In this document: piece after piece, positions 1 through 13,410 of the stretch
Position numbering within the stretch: the stretch's first letter is position 1
Layout: every line of letters begins with the position of its first letter
Origin: Epiperipatus broadwayi
Taxonomy: Eukaryota; Animalia; Onychophora
Length of the DNA: 64,000 nucleotides
Reading direction: 5' to 3'
Assembly: GCA_028023455.1 (NCBI GenBank)
Contig: JAQFVV010000004.1
Span: 16,740,001-16,804,000, forward strand
Notes under the pieces: model-generated
Seen by the model: only the letters and a program-made list of their open reading frames with translations
The model's database searches: none
Told to the model about the DNA's origin: nothing
Translations under genes and position numbers: made by a program

Positions 1-689
1 CAACATTATTTCTATAATTGCCATCTACCTAAGAAAAATATTCAACATATTTTAAAATATAATCAAATCTTTTTAACACAATTTTTCATTCTTATAGTTC
101 TTAATTTTTTTCAGATTTTCGAGTACATTGGTATTAATTTTTCAATTAATCTTTTTTATATCCTTCAGAGGTAAAAAAAAAAAATTATAAAAAAAAAAAG
201 AGAATAATAACTTAATGTCAAGAGAATAAAAATAGAATTTTAATCACCTTAAATACAAAAAATACTTCCCTAGTTTAATAAAAAAATTATCCTCTAGCTA
301 AACAGAAATCAGAACATCTTTTTTTAAGAGAGATTTATTCGAAATATTAACATTTAAAATAATCAGTATTTTTTTTTGTTTTTTTAATTAAATAAATACA
401 TAATATAAATAACTATGCAATCTTAAAAGTTCTTGGTTTATATATATTAAATTAATAATGATGAGTAAATATGTGTTATATGTTCAGGTTAGACCTTCAG
501 AATGGGCCCATGTACAAATATTTTTCTGCGCTCTCAACAAATTTTCAAATAAAAATATTTAGATTTAAATAACAATACTAATATTCAAGTACACAATGTA
601 TATTTTTTATACATACAATTATACAGATATTTTATAAATACTTTTATTATATAAATTTTATTATTAAATATAATACATTATAAATAAAT

Positions 690-1249
690 AATGCGATGCG
701 CTATGGTTTCTCTTTTATTGAAGTCAGAATCTGTTAGCCACTATGCTCAGAGAAACATGTTAGCCACTTTACATTCCCAACCCTAAGTTTTCTCATATTC
801 TTTTCTATCTTGCTCCATCCCATTACCATGGCATCATCTTTGTGATGTGATGCACTGTGACTTCTTATACGGAGTCAGGAATCTCTCAGCAACTATTCCC
901 AGAGAAACCTGTTAGCCACTTTACCTTCCCTTTCCATTATCCACTCTAGGTTTTCCCATAATCTGCTCCATCCCATTTCCACAACATAAATTTTTGTCAA
1001 ATCCATGGCCTTCATATATAAATCCCTCTTATCTTTTCCCAAACCCAGCATAAAAACCAATAACCCACTTTCTGTATAATCACTTTGTTCATATTTATTC
1101 TTCCATAACTTCATTATTTGTACCCTTTCTGCTGCCAAACATTTACATTGAATTAACAGATGCCTAAGATTTTCTATGCCTTCCATACACAACTTGCAGA
1201 CTAAATCACTCATATTATTCCATTTACGTGTATATTCCCTTTTGCCCAT
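690..1249 (-). mobile_element. 3' fragment of a LINE (ORF2 C-terminal CCHC zinc knuckle plus 3' tail, tail region imperfectly duplicated)
   Basis: ORF 893-1249 contains CKLC-x4-E-x3-H-x4-C, typical of a LINE ORF2 C-terminus. It is followed by a ...ACCATAGCGCATCGCATTA(TTTA)n tail, and about 735-890 resembles 890-990. Confidence 0.7.
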
Positions 1250-1260
1250 GTTTGTGACGG

Positions 1261-1384
1261 CAGAATGCTGTATTAAAAATACAAATTTTTAATAATATGA
1301 AAAGTATAAATTTATACACAAAAATAATCGCATTATGATACTAAATAAAAACAGGTCATTGTGTCTTTTTAATACAGCATTCTG
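1261..1384. mobile_element. MITE-like element with 19-bp terminal inverted repeats (TIRs)
   Basis: CAGAATGCTGTATTAAAAA at 1261-1279 and its exact reverse complement at 1366-1384. No clear TSD. Confidence 0.6.
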
Positions 1385-2992
1385 TGGACAGTAGATCTAA
1401 CACTTTGAAAAAATAAATGACTTTTTATTGCATTTCATTGATATTATTAAAAAAAAATTCGGCAATTGTAATTATCACGATCAATATGAAAAAACTATAA
1501 TTAATGCATATGAAAAAGTTTATTATAATTTTAATCTATTATTGTAATATTTCTAGACATAATTTACCCTTTTTTTTTTTTTAAATCCTTTTAGTGATCT
1601 TGAAGAAGATCTTTATTTACTTCGTTTTCATAAAATGTTACAAAATCTTGAGATTTTTTTTCTAATTCTTTGTTTACTAACATTTTTATTTACATAATTA
1701 ATTGAAAATAATTTTAAATATGTTTTGAATCTTCCATAAATAAAAAAAATCATCTAAAATCTTCCACTGAAACTTCATCTTTTTGAAATTCATTTTTTTT
1801 TCTTTTTCCCAATTCCTCTTTAAGGAAAACTGAAAAAATATTCATGCTGTTCAAAGCTGGATTGATCAATTTGTCATCTAAGGCAAGTTTTAAAAACTAC
1901 ACCTTCTAAACTTATTTACAAACGCTTCATAGTATAGAAATAACACATCGCCTAATAAGACTATGATGGTCAAATAAAATTATTTTCAAGAGATTTAAGA
2001 ATTTTCTTTTAAATCATTATCAGCCAAGTTAACTATCCAACATTGGTTGGCAAATGGTAATCTATTTATCTTTAACTAGAGGGTAAAACTAAAATGGAAA
2101 ATCACTCAAATGTTCATTAACTGCTGATTGACCACCTTGTTGAGTATTCTTTTTTTCTTCAGTTTCCTTTTTGAAGCTTTGCTAGAGAGGCCTTTGCCTT
2201 TATGTAGACTAGTTGTTATACAAAACTATTTTTTTACTTATTTGAAATGGGCTACTGAAGAAAGCAATAAAATAAAATGGTGGAAAGGAAAAAGTAGAGG
2301 AATAGATTGAGATCTGAAGAAGACTGCAATTAATTTGCTTAAAGGTGTAAGAAGATGATAAATGCAATAGATAATAATAGAAAAAATCTATATTACATTA
2401 AATAAAATAAATATTAAAAAGAACACAAAAATAAATTGTAAAACTAAAAAAATGCATAAAAGTGAGGCAAAATAGATTAAACTATAATAAAAACTTATAA
2501 TAATAAAAAATCATAGCACAGAAAATCAATATTTAGGCTTTAGTTGTAGCTATAACTTTGATAACTTTTTTATAATTTGTTTTATAGTCTATTCTGTAAG
2601 TCTTGGGATATTGCCTAAATATTTTTTTTACAATTTTTAAAGTATAAAAATTACCTTGGGCTCCTGTTAAATTAATAGTAACATTAATACAATTTTTTAG
2701 ACACATAATTTTCATCAGAAAGAAGGTAATATATAAAGAAATGAAGGAACATGAAAATATTTAAAAATCTATTAGAAAAAATTGAATATCTGAAAATTTG
2801 TAAAATAGTATGATATGAAAAAGAAATACTGAAGTTAAAAAAGAATATAATTGTAAATTGGCTAGAAGAACTATAGATGAGAATAAAAGTCAAATGTATA
2901 AAACAAAATATTGACATTGGAAGGTAAGTTATTTTAACAATAGAAAGAAAAGATGGAACTAATATTAAAAAGAGAGGTAATATCATGAGTGT

Positions 2993-3182
2993 AATCCTGG
3001 CACTTGTAGGTCTGGCACTCAAACTTCTTACGAACTCCCAAACAATAAAGTCATTACCCACCACCCTGCATGATTTGGTACAGTAGGTCGAGCATTCAAC
3101 TTGGGATTGGGAAATCCCAGGAGCAATCCTGATGCTCACAGGTCTGGCACTCAAACTTCTTATGAACTCCCAAACAATAAAG
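2993..3182. repeat. GC-richer insert with a 43-bp direct repeat, period 132 bp
   Basis: 3008-3050 and 3140-3182 are identical except for one C/T. An internal hairpin TGGGATT-GGGA-AATCCCA lies between them. Confidence 0.7.
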
Positions 3183-3659
3183 CCATGTCTTTTTTTTTTT
3201 AATTTATATGTAGTAATAAAGAACAAGAAAATAAAATAATTATGCAATTACAACATTTGCAATACCAAGCATTTTGAATGAGATAAGATATGCGATTATA
3301 TCTATAAAAAAAAAATCCAAAAACTAATGATATTAGTATTGGTATATTAAAAGAAGCAAGTGAAGAAATATAAAAATTGTTGGCAAAACTATATAGCAAA
3401 TATTGACATAAAAGAGATATGTCAGATGCTTGGTGAAATGCAGTTGTGATATAGACATTTAAAAAAAAGTGATAAGATATTAGAAGTTACAGATCTACCA
3501 GTCTTTTATCATTTATACACAAGATCTTTACCAAGATAATTACAAATCTTCTGCAGAAAACATTGGAAACAAATCAACCAAAATAACAAACTGGATTTAA
3601 AAATGATTTTAGCATGATGGATGGTATCTAAATATTGAATTTAGTTACAGAAAAGATTA

Positions 3660-3933
3660 AAACAGGCAATACTCTCCATACAGTATTGCCACAGTGCAAG
3701 CCAGAGTAATCAATGCTCACAGATCAAAGGCTCCTCACTGACGAAGGTCACAAGCCAGAAACTAGTCTGGGGATATTGGATGAGTAGGCACTAGATGGGG
3801 ATTTTATGCATAAGCCTTCTGGCATCCATTGATTACTCTGGCTTGCACTGAGTGGCAATACTGTATGGAGAGTTTTGCCTGTTTTAATAACAGTTATAAG
3901 TAAGCATAAGAAATGGTGATCATGTGATGTTTA
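3660..3933. mobile_element. Hammerhead-carrying repeat family A, copy 1 (short inverted arm plus + strand segment)
   Basis: About 55-bp inverted arms flank an HHR. The 19-bp TSD TTAGTTA(C/T)AGAAAAGATTA is at 3641-3659 and 3934-3952. Confidence 0.85.
3733..3772 (+). ncRNA. Minimal type I hammerhead ribozyme (family A), intact core
   Basis: CCTCA-CTGACGA-A-GGT-CACAA-GCC-A-GAAAC-TA-GTC^TGGGG. Stems I and II pair, and stem III is the palindrome ACTAGT. Confidence 0.85.
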
Positions 3934-5641
3934 TTAGTTATAGAAAAGATTACGAATATGATTTGGCATAATGCTTTGGATTTGTAAATTATAAGAGCAT
4001 TTCCACAGTGATTCAACTTTAGATCATCAAGATAGAAATTTATGATATTGTCATATTTTGAAGTCATTTATCAAAATGTAATAATAGTGATTAGATTGTG
4101 CAATGATACTAAGATTAACTGGGATACGGTTATATGATAGTGTGACTGTATCTTTAAAAAAATTTATAGTAATTTTATAATTAGTATTTTATAACTTAAA
4201 ATAAGAGCTAAAGAAATGAAAATACATGATTGTTTTTGCAAATAATGTTTTTAAGTTTCAGGAAATGTTATGAGTTACACAAATGAAAGTAAGAAAGTAA
4301 AACTAAAGAAAAATGATAAAATGACTAAAGTAATTTTCAATGGATTTTTTTAAAAACTAACATAAATAAAAATGGATAATCATAAATAGAAAAAATTACC
4401 AATTACAAATATCTTGGCCAGATTTTTAATATTATAAAAATGTAAACATAATGGATAAAATAAATCATAGATTTAAACTTGGATTAAATGCTTTTCATAG
4501 AAATAATATTAAAAGGAAATATTTCTACCTATTTGAAGAGACAGACATGTTTTTATTATGTATTTGAAAAGACAGGTTTTTAATAGATGTGTTTTGCAGT
4601 TTTTATATATGGATCTGAGACTTGGATGCTTAACAGAAGAACAATGTAGATACTTCTAACTGCACACTATGGTATGAAAAGTTATATTGGGCATAACAAA
4701 CAGATATTATTGATATCATTGAAATAACAGACCAAAATGTAATTGAGCTGGACATATTGCTAGAAGAGAAGATAATAGACATGCAGTTGAAATCTCAAAC
4801 TGGATCTCAAGAGATTGTAAAAAAAATTAGAAAAAAAAAGTATGTGCCAATTGAATGAGTGAAATAAAAAAATTTGCTGATAAGTTGTGAAGAAGAGAGG
4901 TTCTGGATTAGAGTAACTGGATTAAATTTGTAAAGACCTCTATCCTGTGGTCAATCTATAATAACTGAAAATGATGGTGATCAATCGTTTTATTCAATAG
5001 AATCACTCATGACTATTTAATTATGAAGTTTTTCTTTTCTTTTATTTATTATTAAATAAAAAATTGATTTGTAGATATAATGAAAACAATTGCAAATATA
5101 ATTTATTTATCTTTAAAATAATTTAGACTTAACAATGAAAAGTTTCGAATATGTAGAACAATAATAATCCCCCCCCCCCCAAAAAAAAAAAAAAAAACAA
5201 AGATGAGGAAAATCACAGACACTAAGTTCAGTGCATTGTTAAGTACAAAATTTTTAGCAATAGAATATATATAACGGCGGGGAGGGGGGGGGGAGGTCCT
5301 CCGTTTATTTTAACTTTGCCATTTAGAAGGAAAGTAAAAATACTATTATTTCATTACATTGTGAAGAAAGTTTAAGAGTAAATGAAATATTTATTGTAAA
5401 GGACTAAACAATTTTGAATAAAAAGAAGGGAAGTATGTGTAAAGGTGGAGTAAGTTATTATTTTTTTTATGTATTTTTCTGATAATGATTTAATAAAAAT
5501 CATCTTTTAAAATATTAAACCTCTTTTTTGTAACTATTCAAAGCTTTACTATCTGAGTCGGCCGTCTTTTTGCTCATGATTTTAACTCGGCAAAGTTTTT
5601 TTTAATTACAATATTTTATTTTTCCCGTACTTCTGAGTAAG

Positions 5642-5744
5642 TTTTTTTTTTCATATGTCATAGCATCGTCCGGAAGGCGAACCCACAACCGTCTGCAACC
5701 AACTACTTGCTTGCAAGGCGGCTGCGATGACCTCTCGGCTAAAT
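5642..5744 (-). mobile_element. tRNA-Gly-derived short SINE, long subfamily
   Basis: A-box and B-box (GGGTTCG), ...GATGCTATGACATATG(A)n tail, and an insert after the anticodon loop. Near-identical in layout to 25404-25510. Confidence 0.75.
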
Positions 5745-5752
5745 TTCATGAG

Positions 5753-5848
5753 ATGGCGTCAAAATTCCTAGTTACGCTATTGCACACACAATCCAGTCAC
5801 AACATGAAGCCTAGGTGCCATGCAGCCACAACAATCGTTTTGTGGGAA
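5753..5848 (+). CDS. Possible first exon (coding or upstream ORF) of the NIPSNAP3-like gene
   Basis: Locally CpG-rich region. ATG-open frame MASKFLVTLLHTQSSHNMKPR...LWE ends at a GAA|GTACGG donor in phase 0, compatible with the exon at 13411. A strong poly-T GCAG acceptor lies at 5955. No homology evidence. Confidence 0.3.
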
Positions 5849-7859
5849 GTACGGTTTGCACCTCTTTCATTTTATCAATTATGCAATTACTGATTTTATT
5901 TATATAATTATATGCAGAATATTTCATTAAAATACGACTTTTTTTTTTTTTGCAGAAGCCAACCTTACAAATAGATAACAGCAAATTACATATATGTTTG
6001 CCATTATCTTATTTACAGCTAATGTATTTAAATTGCTGTATATACCGGATAAGTTCTAATGTATTTAAATATGTGTTGCTGTTTGCAAGCATAATTTATA
6101 TAAATGCTGCCACGTGACATAAACTATAAATCATTTTTGGGCAGCTCAAGTATTCTTGTCTGGATAACGTTATTTTCCCAAATGGAAGTAACTTTGATAA
6201 ATAATTAACACTTATTTAGACAAATATTATATTATCATGGCATCAAAAATTATTTTTAAAAATAGCATACCATTAGTCAAGTTCAAAGTAAGCTTTATAT
6301 GCATATGCTTGTCTATACGTCTGTATAAATTTCAATTCATATATTGCAGACTTAGATATGGCCGTATATTCTCATCAATATTATTTCATTTTAAAGTAAT
6401 ATACATTAGAGATAAAACTTGGTAGGGAATTGTGCAATCTTAAAATTTAGAATTGTGAATTGTCTCGTCACATAATATTATAAATAAAAAATGATTTAAT
6501 ATGTTATATATGAAAGTATCACATGCAATTATGATATACAGAATATTTCATATGTATGCATATTTTTTTAAATATTATTTTACAGTGTGAATTAAATATA
6601 CAGCAATAATTGTATAACAGAGAAATTGTATAGCGTTAAATAATAAGTGTGCAGATATGTATGTATATATGATATTGTTAATGTAAATGAAGTTTTATTA
6701 CGGAAAATAAAGTGCTGCAAACATTTGCATAATTTTTCTATTATTCACTCTAGTAAAATTTATAAGGAATTAACATGAATTGAACTTAAATTATTCATGC
6801 AAATTAATTATATATATGTTGAACTCACACACCAAAAAGGAGTAGCAGACATAGTAAGTGTATGTGCAAAACTTTAGAAAATCAGATGTATATTTTCTTA
6901 TTAACAAATGATGTGTACACCAAAGTAAAACATATACTATAAAAGATTTTTACATTAGAGACTGTCTCCTCAAAGATTAATGTTTAGTTTAGTTTACCAG
7001 TATATATATATTTGTTTATGAGTAAAATAAACTTGCATTTATTTTGTGTTGTTTGTTTATTTAATTGCGACCAGTTGGGTATGTGTATATATCTCCAGGA
7101 TATACAGCAAACTGTTAGATTTTTATTTGTGTGTGTTCTCAATTTGTTGAACAACTTACTTTTAACATTTACCAAAAAACACTACTATACATATGTCACT
7201 GAATAACATCTGACACCTTTATAAAATATGGATTTTTTTTTTCAACCTACAAAATTAAGTCACCATATAAGCATTTGATGAACTGTTAATTTAGAATTCA
7301 TTTTGAAAATTTAATTGAATTCAAAAATGGCATTGAAAAACAATAAAAACTTAGTGATCAAAAATTGCAAAATGAATTATAGAATTCGTTCGAAAATACA
7401 TTGTGCTAACTACTCACAAATGGACAGGGCCATTTTAAATCCAAGAAAGAAAGAAAAGGTTAAAAAAATAATAAAGTAGTGATGAGTTTTGCAATGATTT
7501 ACAAATTAATCTGTGAAACACAAATGCATTGACATATAAAATGGTAGTCCATTATTGTATTCATTTGATATTTTGTAATGTTATCTTGTAACTTTTTCTG
7601 CAACAAACTTTTTTTTCTGAATGCATTCAACACTTTGTCTATTATAGCTCTCCATTGTATTCTATTCTTGACTACACTTTATGAGTAAAAACAATCAATA
7701 TTGTTCTTCTTTACAGTGTCTTTGAGATCATCTTTATAATATAAATGGGATTGTCTTTTCAATGAAATCATGCTATATAGCTCTAATATATATATAACAT
7801 GGACAATAAATCAATGTATAAAAATGAATAATGTATATTTATGTATAATTAACACCTAT

Positions 7860-8428
7860 CATCATCAACCATTACCAATCCACTGCAGGATGAAGGTCTC
7901 TCCAAGTTCAATCCATCTCCAATCTTTAGCTTCTCTTCTCCACATCACCCCTGCACACTTTCTTATTTCATCCATCCATCCATCTCACATGTGGTCTCTT
8001 TCTGGGTCTTTTACAATCTCTTGGAATCCAGTTTAACATTTCAATTGTCCTTCTATTATCATCTCTTCTAGAAATATGTCCAGCACAACTTCACTTCAGT
8101 CTTAATTTTTCAATGAGGTCAGTAAAACCTGTTTGTTCTCTTACCATATATTGTGTTTTTGATCTCTTCTTGTTACTCCTAACATGCATCTCTTCATACT
8201 TCTTTGAATGGTCTGAAATCTCTCTATCGCTCTTCTATTAAGTGTCCAAGTCTCAGATTCATAAGTAAGAACTGGTAAAACACATTTATTAAAAACCTTC
8301 CTTTTCAAACACATAAGCATATTTCCTTTTACTATCAAATTATTTCTATCAAAAACACTCCAACCAAGTTTAATTCTATGATTAATTTCATCCATTATGT
8401 TTCCATCTGTATTAATAATCTGACCAAG
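7860..8428 (-). mobile_element. 5'-truncated RTE LINE insertion, same family as 62980-64000
   Basis: Encodes EINHRIKLGW...KRKVFNKCVLPVLTY. It has a (TGA)n tail and a 15-bp TSD ATAATTAACACCTAT at 7845-7859 and 8429-8443. Confidence 0.92.
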
Positions 8429-11062
8429 ATAATTAACACCTATACAAATCTATATATATTAAATCATATATATATATATATGAGAATAATTTATATATAT
8501 ATATACATAATTATATTATTTTATATCTGTATATATATATATATATGTTTTGTATATCTGTGTATAATTGTTAGTGTATTATGCACATATATACTGATAT
8601 AAATATTTTTGCATGTATGATGGCTTATATATGTATGTCTACAGTTACTACACATGCATGTGTGAATTCATATGTAGTTATGTTTCATGCATGTGGCTGT
8701 ATATATATATATGTATGTGTGTTTCTGTTTATTCATTAGGTTAATACCTAATGTTGGCTCAGTAATCCTGAGTTTGACCGAGACCTACTACTGAGATTTT
8801 GGTGTTGATAAGATTTAAGATTCTAAAATTACAATTCCTAATAAAGGGTATAGTATAATTAATATATATTTATATTTGTCCTGTATGACTTAACACTAAG
8901 AGTTCCAGGATTTATTCTCAGGTGAGTAAAAATGCAATTCAGTCAAATGAGTGGAACTGTTGACAGTATTTTTCTTCATTCATGAGCAACTAACCATGTG
9001 ATTATTTATTTAACTGTATTATTGACTTATGATAATAATTTTATATTATTTGTATATATATATTATTATATATTTGAGAAAATAAATATTGTTCTGTAGT
9101 GCCACATCACTACAAGATTATGTAGTCTTGATTTAGGATCTAACAATGGTACCATGATGATTTTAATTTGTATTATTAATGAAATAGACTTTGATATTTT
9201 ATGGATTTTTTTCCATAATATTTATAAAAAATACACTATATTGAAGATAAAGCTATTCAATAGAATAAATATAAAATTTTAATTATTTTATTTTTAAGAT
9301 TTTTAAATCGAATAAAAACAAAATTAAAAAAAAAGACAGAAACTAAACAAACAATTTACAACTTTTTCAATTGTGAAAAAACATGGAAGTCATATTTAAA
9401 ATGTTTCTAAGTATTTATTTATAAAATTATTAAATAAGAAAATTAATTCTACTTTATTGGCAGTTATAGAAATTAATTCTTCATATCAACGAGTTTTATT
9501 TATTTTGAAAAACAAAATTTGTTTAAATTATGCAACCCAAAATTGTACTTTATCATGGGAAAATATACATTTAACCAATGTGATTAACAAGAAAGAATGT
9601 GTTATCACATTGTAGGTTATGAAGAATTTGAAGTAAATCTATCAAGCAAAGCCTTCTTACAGAGAAGAAAATCACACACAAAAAATAAAGCTGCTGATTA
9701 TAGAGAGAAAAAAACAATGATCAATTTTGAGGGTATGTGAATCAAGTTTAGTATGGCAGCTACAAGAAAAGGAAAAGATATTAGAATTGTTGTGACATGC
9801 AAAACAATTTAAAATGGACAAAAATTAATATGTAATTGCTATCTTTATTGGAAGAGAATTATGGTAGTTAAATGAGCTTTCATGTTTGATTTTACTATTA
9901 TTTATTAGCAATATATATTTATGATGCTTTTTCATTCAGAGCATATAGCCTAAATTATCATTAAATTTTAATTGCAAATAAAAATAATCTAAACTAATAA
10001 TATACGAGCATTTACAATTATATTCAGCTACACAAAATAAATTTAGCATGAAAAATAAATAATAATAAAAAAAAAATACCGATTTGTTTTTGAATAGGCT
10101 GCTTTACCTGCAAACCCAATAATATAGACATTAGATTTTATGCCCACTACAAATGATTCACAGTATTTAGAATAATTCATTATAACATTCTTAAGAAATG
10201 TACAAAATATCTTCAAAATATTGTATAAAAATTAAAATTTTGTAAAGGAGATTGATTTTTTTTTTTTTAATGAGAAAATATTTGAGTTCTCTTTTTAATT
10301 AATATATTTAAGAATTTTTATTGTTGATTTGGCTTTAAAACAACTGGAATAGAAGTATGGAATTAATCATTATTACATTGATTCATGTTATAATAATTTG
10401 TTTAAGTGAACTATAAAAAAATCATCTGCATTCATATATATTATGACAGTTCTTTTTTTAATTTGAAAAATTTAAGGTCAATCTTGAAAACAAATAGATA
10501 ATATTAGGTAATAGTGGTCAGAAAAGAATAATTGGTGTGTGCAGAGAATGAAAAAGATGCAAATCAAGAGAAAGAAAAAAAAGTATGTGAAGAAATTATA
10601 AATATTATTAGAAAATTAAAGGAAGCAAAAGATAGAATTATAGAAGATTTTTATATTCCCAATAAATTTAAATATAAGAAAGTTATTAAAACAGTTCTAT
10701 GTTATAGTACATTGTTCTAATTGCTACAAAATTTAGACCAACAGAGAAAAAAAACCAGATGGAAAATCCTCTTTTAAAATAGGATAAAATTTATAAAATA
10801 GATTTCTTTAAAAGTAAGGGCAGATGATAATAAATTCCCAGAATTAAAGTAGAATTTGATTTGAAAATGGTATTAAATTTTAAAACAGCTGGAACATTTA
10901 TTGAAATAATGGTGGAAGTTTCCATCAGCTGATGTTAATAGAAGCATTTTTTTTTTCTATTAGACAGATAAATAATCATTATGATCAACAATATGACCAT
11001 CATGCTAGCAATCACAAAGGTGTATTTATTCTGTTATTAATTCAGAACAGAGAGTATGTCAA

Positions 11063-11153
11063 GTATTGACGACCTAATGGTTAGCATAGCTGCCTTCCAA
11101 GCAGCTGACCCGGATTTGCTTCCCGATCAACACATTTGACATATGAAAAAAAA
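11063..11153 (+). mobile_element. tRNA-Gly(TCC)-derived SINE
   Basis: TGGTTAGCATAGCTGCCTTCCAAGCAG matches the tRNA-Gly-TCC D-loop/anticodon arm. Followed by a TTTGACATATG(A)n tail. Confidence 0.8.
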
Positions 11154-11560
11154 GAGTATCTAAGATGTATTACAAATATGACTAAGTTAACAAGTATTCT
11201 ACACTTGAAACATTTACCTTTGAGATAATTGTGGATGAGGTGAACATGTCTCAAATATTTAAGACGTGCAATATATCTTCATATAATTAAAGTAGGAAAC
11301 AATAAAATACAATGTATTACTAATAGTCTTATCAGTAATTTAGTTTAAGTTTAAAATTTAACATTGGGAAATAAGTTTTACAATGGTTGCAACTTATGAA
11401 ATTAATAGTTTTTAGTAGTGTACAATCTTATATTGTTGTAAAGAAAGGGAAAAGTATTTGACAATCAATTAAGGCATATTGTTACTTATGTGGACAATTT
11501 TGGTTTCAAAAGTTTTTTTTTATGATTAATTGATTTATCTAGCACTTTGTTTTTAATTTA

Positions 11561-12268
11561 TAACAATTATTAAGAAATCACCCCTCTAAACATGCGCTAT
11601 TTAGATTTAAACACTTCAAAAATATTCTCCTTTCTAAACACAAGGTAGTCTTTTAAAAAGATAAGATGAATCCACCCTAACTTTTTAATGTATTTAGAAA
11701 TGAGAGCATGAAGATCTCAACCACTTTTAATTCCATTCACTATGTTTTAATCATTGATGTTTGCAAAATTTTTACAATTTACTGATGTGCAGTAAATTGT
11801 AAAAAAATTCACAAATACCAATTATTAAGACATAGTGAATGGAAATAAAAGTAGTTAACTGGGATCTTCTCATTTACATTTCTAAATGCTTAAGATTTTC
11901 CTATAAGTATACACTTAGGAATAAATAATACAAAAACTCTGTTAGATAATGAAAATTATTCTTCATGTATAAAGTGTGATAAACAGAGTACCTGGAATAT
12001 TAACCGTTCAGTTACAATATATCGCCATGATTCTGTTACACGGTACCGAAAGCACTTGGCAAATAGTTTTTTTATGATTAATGTTTTTTGAATTTTAGCT
12101 ACTCTGTTATATGTAAAGAATAATATACACTTAGGTTAAAAAGTTAAGGTGAATTCGGAGTTCTCTTTTCAAAAGGCTTTATCTTGTGTTTAGAAAGGAG
12201 AGTATTCCTGAAGTGTTTAAATATATAAAGTGCATGTGTAGAGGAGTGATTCCTTAATGATTGTTACA
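11561..12268. repeat. Diverged foldback palindrome with an insertion in the right arm
   Basis: Outer arms about 11561-11690 and 12135-12268; inner arms about 11693-11786 and 11790-11885. Identity is roughly 75-80% by eye. Confidence 0.75.
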
Positions 12269-13410
12269 GATTAATTGATTTATAAATTATAGGTAAAAAC
12301 TCTTTCTAAATGAAAAAATGCTCAAAATTATTTAATCATTTAAATGCTTTCTTCAAAATTTTATAACTTGATTAAATAAACTGATCTTAAAACTATGCCT
12401 TGTAGTTGTTAGCTCTGTCATTTCAAGACTGAAATCAATAACAAAAGTTTCACACCATCGAATGTTCAATCTTGTAGGATTTTAATATCACTATTTTTGA
12501 ATTTGTAATATTATTATTTTATTAAAAATTACAGAAATGGTAAAAAGAATAACAGAAAATAAAAAATAATAATTGATAATAATTTTTCAATTGTTTTAAT
12601 ATTAAATTCTAAACAAAGATAAGATTTAATACTTTAATTTTTTTATTGCATTTAACATAGTTTCTATCTTTCCGTCAGTGTTTCCTCATAATTGTAACAA
12701 AGTAAGCAAAGTTTATTAATATATTAACATACAAACATAAATATTAGTAAGAGTTAAAAATGTTTAAAAAGTCTTTTTGCACCCCTTGTATTATTTCTTA
12801 ATACCTCTTACTATAAATTAGAATTTTCAGTCATTCTGTCATTGGTAAATTTTTATCTCTTGAGCCCATAATATCAGTGTTGGTATATTTCATGGTTGAT
12901 TTTAGTTGTGAATTTGAATAGAATTGCTGGAAAGTTAATAGAAATAGATATAAAATCTTCAAATTTAAAAATGCAGTTTTAATACTGGAAATGATCTTAA
13001 TAATATTAAATGTGCTGCACTGAGCAGCTATCATAATGTAGTAGTGGCTGGTAGCTGAGCAGAAGGGTTTGAACCAGTCGTTTAATGAAAGTGAAAAAAA
13101 TACTTGTGCTCTATGTGTTTCTTTGGTGTTGAATCTTTTTGACTTCTCAAATAATTTAAAAGATGATAATTAAACTTCACAATTCACAAAATAGTAGATA
13201 AACTTAAAGAATGAAAAATTAATTTTTCAATAACATTAACTCAGATTTTTAAAATTATAAAATATTTTAATTATGTAAAAAGTATAAAAATTTGATATTA
13301 TGTTCAGTTTTTTGATAATATAATGTATATTAGTTTTTTCATAGATTTTTAAATTAAAAATATGTTTTATTATTGTTTTATAGAAATTTCTAATATTGCA
13401 TTTATTTCAG

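Larger units (their letters stand above)
2330..4900 (+). mobile_element. Highly degenerate RTE-clade LINE, interrupted by later insertions
   Basis: Frameshifted RT-like remnants (I..LKEASEEI.KLLAK near 3330-3390; EK..EY...L.FV.Y motif near 3945-4000). The 3' part resembles the intact RTE at 63-64 kb. Confidence 0.5.

Noticed and set aside
2684-3247. 187-aa minus-strand ORF
   Set aside because: It is a low-complexity antisense read-through of an A-rich decayed LINE and the 132-bp repeat, with no protein features.
3660-3933. Family A as a TIR DNA transposon (MITE)
   Set aside because: The inverted arm length and junction differ between copies, TSDs are 15-19 bp and variable, and direct tandem units occur.
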